Part shown: positions 26,485 through 38,224 of the stretch, in pieces
Position numbering within the stretch: position 1 is the stretch's first letter
How the letters are laid out: each line of letters opens with the position of its first letter
Assembly (NCBI RefSeq): GCF_006345805.1
Contig: NC_043004.1
Location: forward strand, 77,438,001 to 77,502,000
DNA from: Octopus sinensis
Taxonomy: Eukaryota
DNA: 64,000 nt
Direction of reading: 5' to 3'
Notes under the pieces: model-generated
The model's input: the letters and a program-made list of their open reading frames with translations, nothing else
The model's database searches: none
Told to the model about the DNA's origin: nothing
Made by a program: the position numbers and the translations under genes

Positions 26485-26810
26485 GGCGCAATGGCCCAAT
26501 GGTTAGAGCAGCGGACTCGCGGTCGGAGGATCGCGGTTTCGATTCCCAGACCGGGCGTTGTGTGTGTTTATTGAGCGAAAACACCTAAAGCTCTACAAGG
26601 CTCCGGCAGTGGGGAGGGCGACCCCTGTTGTACTCTTTCGCTCCAATTCTCTCTCACTCTTTCTTCCTGTTTCTTGTCCCCGACTTCCTACGCAACCTCT
26701 GAGCCTGGTTGACCTGCTTTCTCTTCTGCGGGTCTTACGAATAGCAAAGGACCACGTTTCGGACTTCTCCCACTGTGGGACGAAGACTGCTTCGCTAAAC
26801 AAACAAACAG
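26485..26810 (+). mobile_element. SINE family C (tRNA-Arg-like head)
   Basis: GGCGCAATGGCCCAATGGTTAGAGCAGCGGACTCGCGGTC...GGTTTCGATTCCC, with A and B boxes and TCG in the anticodon-like loop; (AAAC)n tail. Second copy at 36262-36630. Confidence 0.88.
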
Positions 26811-26899
26811 CAGTAACAGTAATAATGTTTATGGGTATTATAAAATATTTATGTTTGGCTTAAGTTAAATTAAGAAAAAATCCTTAAATGTTATAATAT

Positions 26900-27103
26900 C
26901 GGTTTCAAATATTACAACAAGGCCAGCAATTTTGAGGGAAAGGGTAAATCGATTACATCGATCCTAGTACTTATTTTATCAACCATGAAAGGATGAAAAG
27001 CAAATTCGACCCCGACGGTATTTGAACTCAGAACGTAAAGACAGAAGAAATGCTGCAAAACATTTCACCCGACGTGCTAACGATTCTGCCAGCTCACCGC
27101 CTT
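26900..27103 (-). mobile_element. SINE family B with 17-bp TSD
   Basis: cttaaatgttataatat at 26883-26899 and 27104-27120. Confidence 0.88.
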
Positions 27104-27132
27104 CTTAAATGTTATAATATTACTTTAGACAT

Positions 27133-27316
27133 CAAGACAGCGAGCGATCAGAATTGTTAGTAGGTCGGGCAAAACACTTTGCGACGTTCTGAGTAAAAAT
27201 TCCACCGAGGTCGACTTTGCCTTTAATCCCTTTCAGGGTCGATAAAATAAGTACCAATAGAGTACTTACTCCCTCCGCCGAAAGTGCTGGCCTCGTGTCA
27301 AAATATTAAATCAATT
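27133..27316 (+). mobile_element. SINE family B with TSD
   Basis: tactttagacat at 27121-27132 and 27318-27329. Confidence 0.82.
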
Positions 27317-27662
27317 TTACTTTAGACATTGTAATAAATTAATCTTTCAGATGTTTGTAACAAATCCATTTTCACGAGAAGCATCTTAGATATTTCCGTA
27401 CTCTCTATTCCTTCACCTAGATGTTTGCCATTATTGATTGGTTTCAGAAGTCGTTCGATGGAGAATCTATTAAAATAAAGTTTGGTATTCTCTCTGTTAG
27501 ATATACTTATTAAGAACATTATACAATCGCATTCTCCTTCCTAGCAATTATGTTTGAGTCAGTTGGAAGGCAGGGTAGGATGTGTAGTGATCTTGAAAGT
27601 TTCGTGATAAGACCAACTTTAAAATCAATCGATTCCTTCATAGCCAATAATTTCTAAAAATA

Positions 27663-28542
27663 CGAGATCTTATCGATAAGTATTCGGACTGTTGTCATAG
27701 TAACGAAGCTAAAGTACGCAGATTAAAGACGCTTGGCACAGATTGACCATGAACTTTACTGTGCATGCATACTAAGTTTTAACGTTCTCTCATTCCCGCT
27801 GTTCACAGCAGTGCTTGGAAGGAAGGTATGTAGCATGTGATAGTCGCATTGACTATCAAAGAGAAAGTTGTCGTGGCGATGCATGTTCAAAGGCCTACGC
27901 AAAGTTGCAGAAAGTGTGTGGAGAGGAGTGTATGAGCTGCACATAAATGTACGAGTGGTTCAGACGTTTCCAAGATGGCCGAAAAAATGTCGATATTGAC
28001 GAACGTTCGTGGGGGGTGGGATCGCAACCAGCAGAATTGAGGAAAACATCGCAGATGCGCGTGCAGGGAAGATCGTCGAATCCGTGAGTTATCAGAGTAT
28101 GTGCAGATTAGTTACAGTTCAGTCCATTATCACTGAAGATTTGGGTATGAGACACATGTCTGCCAAGTTTGTGATAAAACTGCTTTCAGCTGACCAAAAA
28201 GACATTCGTGTTTCAGTCGCACAAAATTTCCTTGATTGTGTCAAGAACGATGAAAACGTTTTGAAAACTTTGCGTAGGCCTCTGAGCAGGTATCGCCAAG
28301 CTTTTGGCAAAATTTGATGCAGATTCTCTGCTCAACTTTCTCTGTGACGGTCAATGCGACCATCACACGCTACACACCTTCCTTCCAAGCACTTCTGTAA
28401 ACAGCAGAAGTGAGCTAGAACGTTAAAACGTAGTTCGCATGCACAGTAGAGTCCAAGGTCAAACTATGCCTAGCGACTTTACTCTGCGTACTTTAGCTTC
28501 GTTACTATAGCAACAGTCCGAATACTTATCGATCAGACCTCG
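27663..28542 (+). mobile_element. Mariner-derived fold-back non-autonomous element
   Basis: TA-flanked termini cgagatcttatcgataagtattcggactgttg / caacagtccgaatacttatcgatcagacctcg; inverted arms over 200 bp; internal transposase HTH fragment (MYEWFRRFQDGR..., LGMRHMSAKFVIKLLS). Confidence 0.88.
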
Positions 28543-29261
28543 TATGTGTCCACTCCTATACAGAAGAACACTCATTTTCACACGAAAAATATCCTTAAAT
28601 GCAACCAAAACAGACTGAAGGTAGCCGCTTGTTCAGAAGCTGTATCTTCCAAGTAATTATTTCTTACTACTGTCCTGTTGTTCTATTAACGTTTGCTCCT
28701 CAAAACTTCACCTCCAACATTTTTGTTTTATGAGCCTTTCCTTGCATTTTTTTTTTTTCGTGTTCTTTAATTAAGACATACAAATAATCCTTTCTACTAT
28801 TGACACAAGACCTGAAATTTTGTGAGAGGGGTCTAGTCGATTATATCGACCTCAGTGCTCAACTGGCACTTATTTTATCGACTCCGAAAGGATAAAAGGC
28901 AAAGTCGACTTCATCAGAATTTGAACTCAGAACATCATACAAATAATACCCTATAACTCTTATGCTTCTTGAGGTACTCTTTCAGTTATTTAAAGGAAGA
29001 TGCCCTAGTTCTCTACATTCCATGTGCCCTCGTCAGTTTTAGATATTTCACTTTATTTGCATAGCAGGTACACTTTGGGAAATCGTGGATTTCTCTTACT
29101 CTAATTCATATTTCTTTCAAATTTCAGGTTTTAAGCCCCTGTAAAAAACAAATACAATTTACATGACTTAAATTTCGATATTAAGCTGTAATGAGTAGCG
29201 AAGTTAAATTTAGCAGCACTCGAAATATATTTTTTTAAAAATGTAGCATAAAAGATAACAG

Positions 29262-29687
29262 GGATCTTTTCGGTTTGAACGGCAATTTTTTCTAGTGGTG
29301 TCATATGAAAATGTTACCCATAATTATGACCCTAGTATCGATCTATTGCATTTCTATCTGTTTTAGGGTTAGTTAGGGTTAGGGTTAGGGATGGGGGAAG
29401 GGTATCTTTTTTTGTTCACAAATGTAAATAAACCCAATCTGTTTCTTAAACGAGGGACATATTCATACGGCACAGAATGTTTTCACCGCAATAGACATCA
29501 TTGATTGGTTGAAAATGCAGAAATTGAAGAAAAAAAATCAACAAATATCTTACAAACTATAGAATTTTCTCAATAAAGCCAAGAGAAAAAGATGTTTTAT
29601 AAGCACATTCTACCAGTATACGAAGTTCAAAATTTTTTAGTTACCTAGAAATTATGTTAAAAACTGCCGTCCAAACCGAAAAGATCC
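29262..29687. mobile_element. Merlin-type MITE, opposite orientation to 18914
   Basis: Both TIRs present; TSD not conserved; longest TTAGGG tract at 29363-29390. Confidence 0.9.
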
Positions 29688-30222
29688 CAAAAGACAAATT
29701 GGAAAAAATCTAAATATAAAAATTCCAAGGTCTTTCAACTATAAAAGTGCATCAACCTGACAGAGTCTGGTTTCTAACAAACTCGTGACAATTCATAAAA
29801 TTTTCTGATTTATGGCATCAGGTACACTTGCACTCACGTTACTACGTGCAGCTGGAGTGTTTGATGACTTTTTTTTTTTTTTGGTAGTCCTTATTTTAAT
29901 TTATGAAGCCACTCTCATTTACAAAAATCCTATGTCTCCAGTTGTTCTCAGATTTAGTAACCATAGTTTGTCTATGTACGCCTTACTGATGAGATCTAAT
30001 AAAACCGAAATATGTATGGAGTTGTCATTTAATGGTCATATTTAATTAATTTTTACTGAAATTTTGGTATTATCTCCACTTTTTTATGTTTTATTTTGTT
30101 TTGTTTTTCCAGAATTAATCATTCAGAAAATTATTGTTCTCCTTAATAAGAGTGACTATCAATTAATGAAAAAATTTTAATACATCAAATATGCTACTTG
30201 CTACTTTATTATTTCAGGAATA

Positions 30223-30633
30223 GGATCTTTTCGGTTTGAACGGCAGTTTTTTCTAGCGGTGTCATATGAAATTGTCACCCATAATTATAACCCTAGTATC
30301 GATCTATTGCATTTCAATCTGTTTTAGGGTTAGGGGTGGGGGGAAGGGTATCTTTTTTTCTTCACAAATGTAAATAAACCCAATCTGTTTCTTAAACGAG
30401 GGGCATATTCATACGGCACAGAATGTTTTCTCCTCCAACAGACGTCATTGATTGGTTGAAATTGCAGAAATTGAAGAAAAAAATCAACAAATATCTTACA
30501 AACTATAGAATTTTCTCAATAAAGCCAAGAGAAAAGATGTTTTATAAATACATTCTACCAGTATACGAAGTTTAAAAGTGTTTAGCTACGTGGAAATTAT
30601 TTTTTAAAACTGTCGTTCAAACCGAAAAGATCC
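30223..30633. mobile_element. Merlin-type MITE, opposite orientation to 18914
   Basis: Both TIRs; exact 8-bp TSD CAGGAATA. Confidence 0.92.
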
Positions 30634-31639
30634 CAGGAATATATTTAGATAAAGCGGAAATAAAAAAAATATGTTCCTTTATTTATGCCTAATCATAGTT
30701 TTAAAATGCGAATATTTTCTTGGAACAAACCTAATTTTATTGCAGATTAATTAACTAATTAAAATATTGATGCTTAATTTAAGAGACTTCTAAAAATTTT
30801 ATTTTAACCTAACCTGTAGATAATGTTCACATCTTAATTTTTAACGACCTGATAGTGTTACTTGATCCCGTTATCACTACAGATTTACACACATAATTAT
30901 TAAGAGCTTGGTAGACAAGTTATTCAAATCTGAATGTGGGTATTGTTGAATATTTGTTTTTGATTAATAGTTAAGATCTACGTGCATGTGCGTATGTATA
31001 TATATACACATGCAGGCGTGTGCATGTATGTGAACATGATTGTGAATGAGTGCGTGAGTAAAATATATAAGCGAACAAGTAAAAAAGCTGTTAAAAAAAA
31101 ACTATTAAGACAATAAGTATTTATCAACCAGCATGTAGAGAGTGGAAGAGCACATATTACCTGTGCGTCTGTGGGATAAGGTTATATTTCCTCTACTCGA
31201 ATTAAACCAACTAAGAGATTAATTTGCCAGTAATTCAATAACGCCATTATTTATAGTGTCTGCCAGCTAGAAGATCTCGCTGGAATCGTTCTGTGCGAGA
31301 GCCATTGTTTACATGTTAGCGGGCGACCGAGGCGACCATCTGCTCATCTGTTTCATACGATTTTTTCATTGGTCACTTCGATCACACCTCCACATATGGC
31401 GGTTTACACTTTGCTTGGCTCCACATTATTTATTTATTTATTTATTTATATTTTTATTTTATCTGTTATTTTATTTATTTGTATATAGATACATACATAT
31501 AATTATTATTTATAAACATACAGACATGTATTCATACATAAGCACATGCGTACATACATACGTACGTACATATAAAAAAAATATACTCATAGATTATAGA
31601 CACGTAAATATATACATAGATACATGAATATTCACATAC

Positions 31640-32138
31640 GTACGTAATACATACATACATGCATACATACAAACATACATACATACATATATACATACAT
31701 ACATACATACATACATGCATGCATGCATACATTCATACATACATACATACATACATACATACATACATACAAACATACATACATACAAACATACATACAT
31801 ACATACATACATACATACATACATACATTCATACATACATGCACGCATGCATTCATACATACATACATACATACATACATTCATACATACATACACACAC
31901 ACACACATAAATACATACATACATACACACATACATACATACATACATACATACATACACACATACATACATACATCCATCCATACATACATACATACAT
32001 CCATCCATACATACATACATACATACATACATACATACATACATACAAACATACATACATACATACATACATACACACATACATACATCCATCCATCCAT
32101 ACATACATACATACATACATACATACATACATACATAC
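31640..32138. repeat. (CATA)n microsatellite
   Basis: Seen directly. Confidence 0.98.
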
Positions 32139-32269
32139 GTTTTCTACTTCACACCCAATTTCATATAGTTTGCTTGTCCGGTTGGTTCTGTATTATACTA
32201 TACTGCAAAGCTTGTGTGTGTGTGTGTGCGCGCGCGGTATTTTATAGAACTCTTGCTTTCTATATTATA

Positions 32270-33620
32270 CTACTACAAATACTACTACAAATAATAATAA
32301 TAATAATAATAACAACAACAACAATAATAATAATAATAATAACAACAACAACAACAACAAGAACAACAACAATAATAATAACAACAACAACAACAATAAC
32401 AACAATAACAACAACAATAATAATAATCTTTGTTGGCCACAAACCGAAAAGAACAATACAAACAAAGGACGCGGGGTTTTGTACAAAAATACAATAAAAA
32501 CAATTATCAATTAACAGCAAAACTTAAACAATAAAATTCCCCAAAAGGAGGAGTCCCATGCAGGGCCGACCAAGGAATCCAACACATTCTGGTCACCCTG
32601 GCCGCCAAGTGCACCTCAGACAGGCACCTCTCTCCTCCACAACCCCTCCATCCTACAAGCGTATGTTCAAGGTAAACCCATTCACACGGGCCATCTTCGC
32701 CATATTCACCCAACTTTCAACAAAAATACTGGAAGACAGCACTTGCCCCTCCACCCTCACTTTCATTTTCAAGTAGAACTTTAAAAAGTCAATGGGAGCT
32801 TGACCGAAAAGGAAAGTATCTGTCTTCAGTCGTTTCAACTTCATCCAGCACACTACCTCTTTTACTAGCGTCACCTGACAGGGGAAAACTAGCTTTCCTT
32901 CCCGGCCAAGAGAAGGCGACGGGGCTATCTTCACGATGGACTCGATTAATAGCCGGATCCGTCCCACACACGTCAACCGCTGTTCAACAAAGCTCCACAT
33001 GTCAGCAATGTCCGAACACTGGATAAGTGCATACTGAAGGGTTCACTGCCTTGCGTCCATCTTGGACAGGTTGGTCTCACAGCACTTTCATGGCTGTTGA
33101 GCTTGTCTCCAACCGACAAAGCCTTCCGGTAACACTGCCAGGTCAGGGCATTTCTGGAAATTATCCATAGGCCCTGGCCCGAAAGTCCTCCGGAAAGACC
33201 AGCTAACATCTCTTCCGACGCCCAGAGTTACTCCGATGACACCGTCGCTCTTGTCCGCCACTAATCCCCTATAGAATTTCAAAGTGGAATTTCAACCGAC
33301 TGCACTACTCAACTAGTGAAGGGGCGTGAGCGCTTGCCAACACTCCAGATGACATACAACTTTTCTCGGTCTATGCTTGATCCAAAACTGTAGCTCAGAC
33401 AAAGAGACGAGCTGCGGAAAAACTAATCTGACTAACAGTGGCCACACCTACTCACCATTAAGGAAACGTCGGATATGTTGCCGAATCAACGCATGTCTGC
33501 ACATCATTAGCTACGGTATGCCCTGTCCTTCACTCAGCGGCTGCTGACAACGGATGTATCGTCTGAACGCGTCCCCTCCACAGAAAGTGGAGGAGCAAAC
33601 ACTTCGGCTTGATCACTTCA
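32270..33620 (-). mobile_element. L1/Tx1-clade LINE 3' end with UTR and (TTA/TTG)n tail
   Basis: W.CYRKALSVGDKL...CPR...ALIQC..IADMWSFVEQ (zf-RVT/CCHC region), FYLKMKVRVE...SWVNMAKMARVNG, stop at 32653, then tail. Confidence 0.85.
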
Positions 33621-33699
33621 GCTTGAACGAAAGCAATGTACACATTCGTCACCTACGCCCGACCTGACCAGACCCTGAGCAATTTAACCGGAACATTCT

Positions 33700-35110
33700 A
33701 GCAGATAGAAAAATGTCTGCGACTAATATGGAAGAGTAAAACTTACATAATCAGTAGGGAAAATATGGGACTGTTAAAATAAGGTTCGCCTCAGAGGAAG
33801 AAGGGCCAAAAAGAACTCAGCAATCACCCTAACGAGTGACGAACTGATCCTCATCCCCATTTACCTTGGTCGAAGGGTATCTAAAATAAGAATATTAAAC
33901 ACACCACCAGAAACCAATATATGTTGGTGTGTGGCAGTGGTCCTCTTCGATATAGAAGAGAAAATCAGTATTTTGCAGATACAGAGAATACGAAGCAGAA
34001 CTGGTTAGGGCAGAGTATGCAGTTGTTAATACAGGCGGATCAACCAAGTATTGAGGCCACATCGGACTTCATAGCCCTACCAGATGGTACAAAGCTTCAT
34101 GTGGCTGTTGATGACAGAAAGCCGAGGTGACCAGTGCGGGGACACAAATCACCTCAAAGCCTTTTGCCCACACCAAAGGAAACCAAAACTACTGCCAACA
34201 CTAACGCCACCACCAACACCACCACCACAACAACAACGGCAGTAGCAGTGGCTCCATCTGCGGAAGGACCGGCAGCAGCATCAAAAGTGGCAGTAGCAGA
34301 AACAGCAGCAACAGCAGCGGTAGCAACAGTAGCAGCCACAGCATTAACAACAGCCAACTCCAAAAAGAAAGCTTACAAAAGAACAATCTACCTCACAAAC
34401 CACAAATTTGGTGCTAGTGAGGAGAGCTAACAAACATTTCATTGCCTTCTTAACCCAAAATAAAGAGATTGAGAGAAGGGGTGCAGTATATGACACCAAT
34501 ACTTTTAAAGTGTTGGAAAAGCTATTGTTAATGCGTATACCGCTAACAATACATTAAAAAAATTAGAGAGGTTTTCTCTTACGACGTGGAACCCCTAATG
34601 TAAAAGCCGCCAACAGACTTTTAAAGAGGTTCCCAGTGGAAACCGAACCAGAGCCATAGTTTGGTCCATCCGACCACTAACAACACTGAGTGGTTACGTA
34701 ACCCCGCCCTCTCCTTCTTCTCAACCCTTTTCGGCCGATATAGCGATTATTAGAGTAGGTTGTATAAATGTTCGTGGCCTGGAGTTGTCCTGGAAGCAGG
34801 GTTGCTTACTCCATGACCTCAGGTTGCTAAGCCTCGATGTGATAGCCGCCAGTGAGACCAAGGTTTCGAACATGCGCACACTGTCCCGCATTTTTAAAGA
34901 CTTTGAGATCTACACGTTACTGGCTTGATCTAAAATGGGAAGCAGGGTAGCAGTGCTGTTTAGGAAAGGCCTGGATCTCGAGATACGGACGATCTTCCTG
35001 GACCCGGACGGTAAGTTGATGGTCCTGGGTGTGAGAAATAGCGAAAGTGGTGCTTTTAGATTTGTCGCTGTGTACGTCCTGACTGGGGCGGGGAAATCGG
35101 ATTTCTCAAT
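33700..35110 (+). mobile_element. L1/Tx1-clade LINE 5' part: ORF1 relic and ORF2 AP-endonuclease start
   Basis: From 34749: IRVGCINVRGL...DVIAASET...VAVLFRKGL...DPDGKL...FRFVAVY. An ORF1-like LGRRVSKIRILNTPPE and an Ala/Thr-rich linker lie upstream. Confidence 0.78.
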
Positions 35111-35149
35111 TGAACCATTACACTTCGTTTCACAGAAGTAGGGTTTCTA

Positions 35150-35870
35150 ACGTTCTACTATCAGTCGCCTGGCAAATGCTGATAAAGGAATATAGGAAAG
35201 CCATCGATTCCCCGGTGACTTTTCCCTCGTGAAATCAGTCATCATTTCTCTCATTTCATAAATTGTTGACTTTTCGCAGAACTCTACATCACTTGCCGAG
35301 AGTCGCAGCAGATCGTCAAAGTAAACAGTAAAGTCCATCCCGCCTCCGACCCGCCACCCGTCCCAAACAGTTGAACGAAATACCTCTAAAATACCACACA
35401 TATCTGCTTCTTCATCATGTAATACGTGTCCCTACTGATCCGTCAAAGCCTTGTAGCCACGTTGCCCCTCTCCCATCAGGTTTCATCGAACAGCTTCCGT
35501 TCTTCCAATGCTTTAGAGCTCGCGCCCTAGCGCTGATAACACAATCTTCGTAATTCACGTTGAAGAACCTCACCGCCAGGACGTCAGTCGCAATACCTTT
35601 CCTAAGTACTTATTCGTGTTGCTAACTAACTCTTCTTCTTCTCTAGAATTCTCTGTCACTTATTTCTTACTAACCCTTACCTACTCTAATGTAATAGCCA
35701 TTTTCAGGGTTAATCAAAATCGGTTGCTGACGATTGCCCAATCCGTTCTCTAATAGTCTCCGTAAACTGTATGTGCTGGGGAAAACGCGTTTAGTTTCCA
35801 ATATCCAGGTCCCTGTTTATGCAACCTGAGGTCGATCATACAGCTTTGTGGTCTGTGTAGCCGATCAATT
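35150..35870 (-). mobile_element. Deleted L1/Tx1 ORF2 pieces, inverted relative to 33700-35110
   Basis: Minus strand GPGYWKLNA (about 35790-35813) and LLRLSASDVEFCE...REKSPG (about 35210-35320). Confidence 0.6.
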
Positions 35871-36261
35871 TGAATTGTGGAAACACTATGCTATCTTTAT
35901 CTGGTGGTCAACAGATGTGGCACCTCGGTCGTCTGCTCTCCACAATTACTCTTAACTCCTCCCCGTTCGACAGGAAGATAAGGTCTTCTTGGATGCTCAG
36001 GCTTTGCACAGAGGAGCGTTGTGGTACTAAACTAGTTCTCCTGCTTCGTTCTCTTCACATCCAGTAATGTTTCGCTTCCCGCAGCATTATGCAATATACA
36101 CCAGAACTCAAGCTCCTGTGAGACCTCAATATTGTTACCTTTACCGCCTCCAGGCGACGAGGTTTTAAACTCACGCAACATTATGTAACGGTCTTTCTAG
36201 CAAACGCTCAATTTTCCTAAAATTCAGTGGCGTCTTCTACTACTGCTACTATTGCTGTTGC

Positions 36262-36630
36262 TGTTGAGCGAACGGTCTTCGTCCCATATCTCGCAAGATG
36301 GGAGAAGTCCGAAACGTGGTCCTTTGCTATTCGTAAGACCCGCAGAAGAGAAAGCAGCTCAACCCCCGACACCTAGAGCATCGACAGATGGATGAATGCG
36401 CATCCAGGCTCAGCGGTTGGGTAGGAAGTCAGGGACAAGAAACAGCAAGAAAGAGTGAGAGAAAGTTGGAGCGAAAGAGTACAACAGGGGCCGCCACCAC
36501 CCCCTACCGGAGCCTCGTGGAGCTTTAGGTGTTTTCGCTCAATAAACGCACACAACGCCCGGTCTGGGAATCGAAACCGCGATCCTCCGACCGCGAGTCC
36601 ACTGCCTTAACCACTGGGCCATTGCGCCTC
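36262..36630 (-). mobile_element. SINE family C
   Basis: Reverse complement of 26485-26810 with about 40 extra internal bases. Confidence 0.88.
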
Positions 36631-37039
36631 CACTCGCTGTTGTTTTCCGCCATAGCTGCGGTGCACTAAATTGAACTTTGAATTTTCAAATTTTTGCTCT
36701 TTTTGAAGAGTGAAGGGGATGACATTGACGCTTACTGCACTTGTCTCCGTGAGTTACTTCTCACCTCTCCTTTCAGTTTGTTCGTTGTGGAAACCGACAT
36801 GATTGTAAGAAATTGTATTTTTCAAAACAAAATTTTCTAACAAGTATGAGTTCCATACGGGTGGGAAACGAAAAAGCCGGCTAGCCGCTTTCTGGTTGGT
36901 TTTAAACAAACGTTATGTAATACAATTTCAACAATTAACAACTTCTGAACATGTAAACAGACGAAAACACGAACGACTCGAAGCGACGTGTTACTGCCAC
37001 CACCATCATCACAACAACAATAGTTAAAAACAACAATAA

Positions 37040-37433
37040 TAATCCTTTCTACTATAGGCCTGGATTTTATGGCGGGGGTGATAGTCGATCACATCGATCC
37101 AAGTACTCAACTCATACTTAATTTATCGATCCCGAAATGATGAAAGGCAAAGTCGACCTCTGTGGAATTTGAACTCAGAACGTAGAGGCAGACGAAATAC
37201 CTATTTCTTTACTGCCCACAAGGGGCTAAACATGGAGGGGACAAACAAGGACAGACAAACGGATTAAGTCGATTATACTGACCCCAGTGCGTAACTGGTA
37301 CTTATTTAATCGACCCTGAAAGGATGAAAGGCAAAGTCGACCTCGGTGGAATTTGAACTCACAACGTAGTAGCAGACGAAGTACCGCTAAACATTTCGCC
37401 GGCGTGCTAACGTTTCTGCCAGCTAACCACCTT
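37040..37433 (-). mobile_element. Two tandem SINE family B copies
   Basis: Full copy at 37200-37433 plus a 5'-truncated copy at 37040-37200. Confidence 0.85.
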
Positions 37434-37435
37434 CG

Positions 37436-37553
<118 letters not shown>

Positions 37554-37823
37554 TTCTTTATTGGCCACCAGGGCCGAACACAAAACATGAGGACAAAGGA
37601 CAGTGAAGTTAAACATGTAAACAGAAAACTTTGGTGTTTTTAAAAGGTTTCAATTAACTGCCCTTCTCTTACGAAGTGACATCCAAATTTTATTTTCATT
37701 TTATCTACAGAGCAGGAAGTTAGTAAAATAAAATGCGAAAGCGCATTAATCAAATTATCTATAACCTGTCATTTAACGCAATCTCGTCACTCTTTACCTC
37801 TGTTAATTTCACGAATATATATA

Positions 37824-38152
37824 CTAGCACTATGACCCGGCAACGCCGGGTCATAGTGCTAGTGCATGCATATACAGCTGCGTGTGTGCGCACATACACG
37901 CGAGTACTGTCCAAATCTCTGACCAATCACATACAACTAGCTGGCATTCAATTGGCGTATCAAGTTTCGGACATTTTGATTGGGTTTTTGATAGAAAATT
38001 CACAAAAAAGTCACTTCTATTGATTTTTTTAATGGCTTTGCGGGGTGACTGGGGAAATATAAAGATGTGCACGACCACCCTTGGACGGTTTTGAATGACC
38101 ATAGAAAGTGCGAACCCTCTAACTGAAAAATTGTAGATTTGTATAAAGGACA

Positions 38153-38195
<43 letters not shown>

Positions 38196-38224
38196 ACACA
38201 TTTTGCCGTTTATATATAGAGAGA
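37824..38224 (-). mobile_element. Non-autonomous Helitron
   Basis: Minus strand starts A|TC(tctctatatata), contains a (TG)n tract, and ends with a GC-rich hairpin cccggcgttgccggg followed by CTAG|T. Confidence 0.75.

Noticed and set aside
26485-26556. tRNA-Arg-like gene (also 36557-36628)
   Set aside because: The acceptor stem is poor and it continues into a shared 250-bp body and tail, so it is a SINE head.
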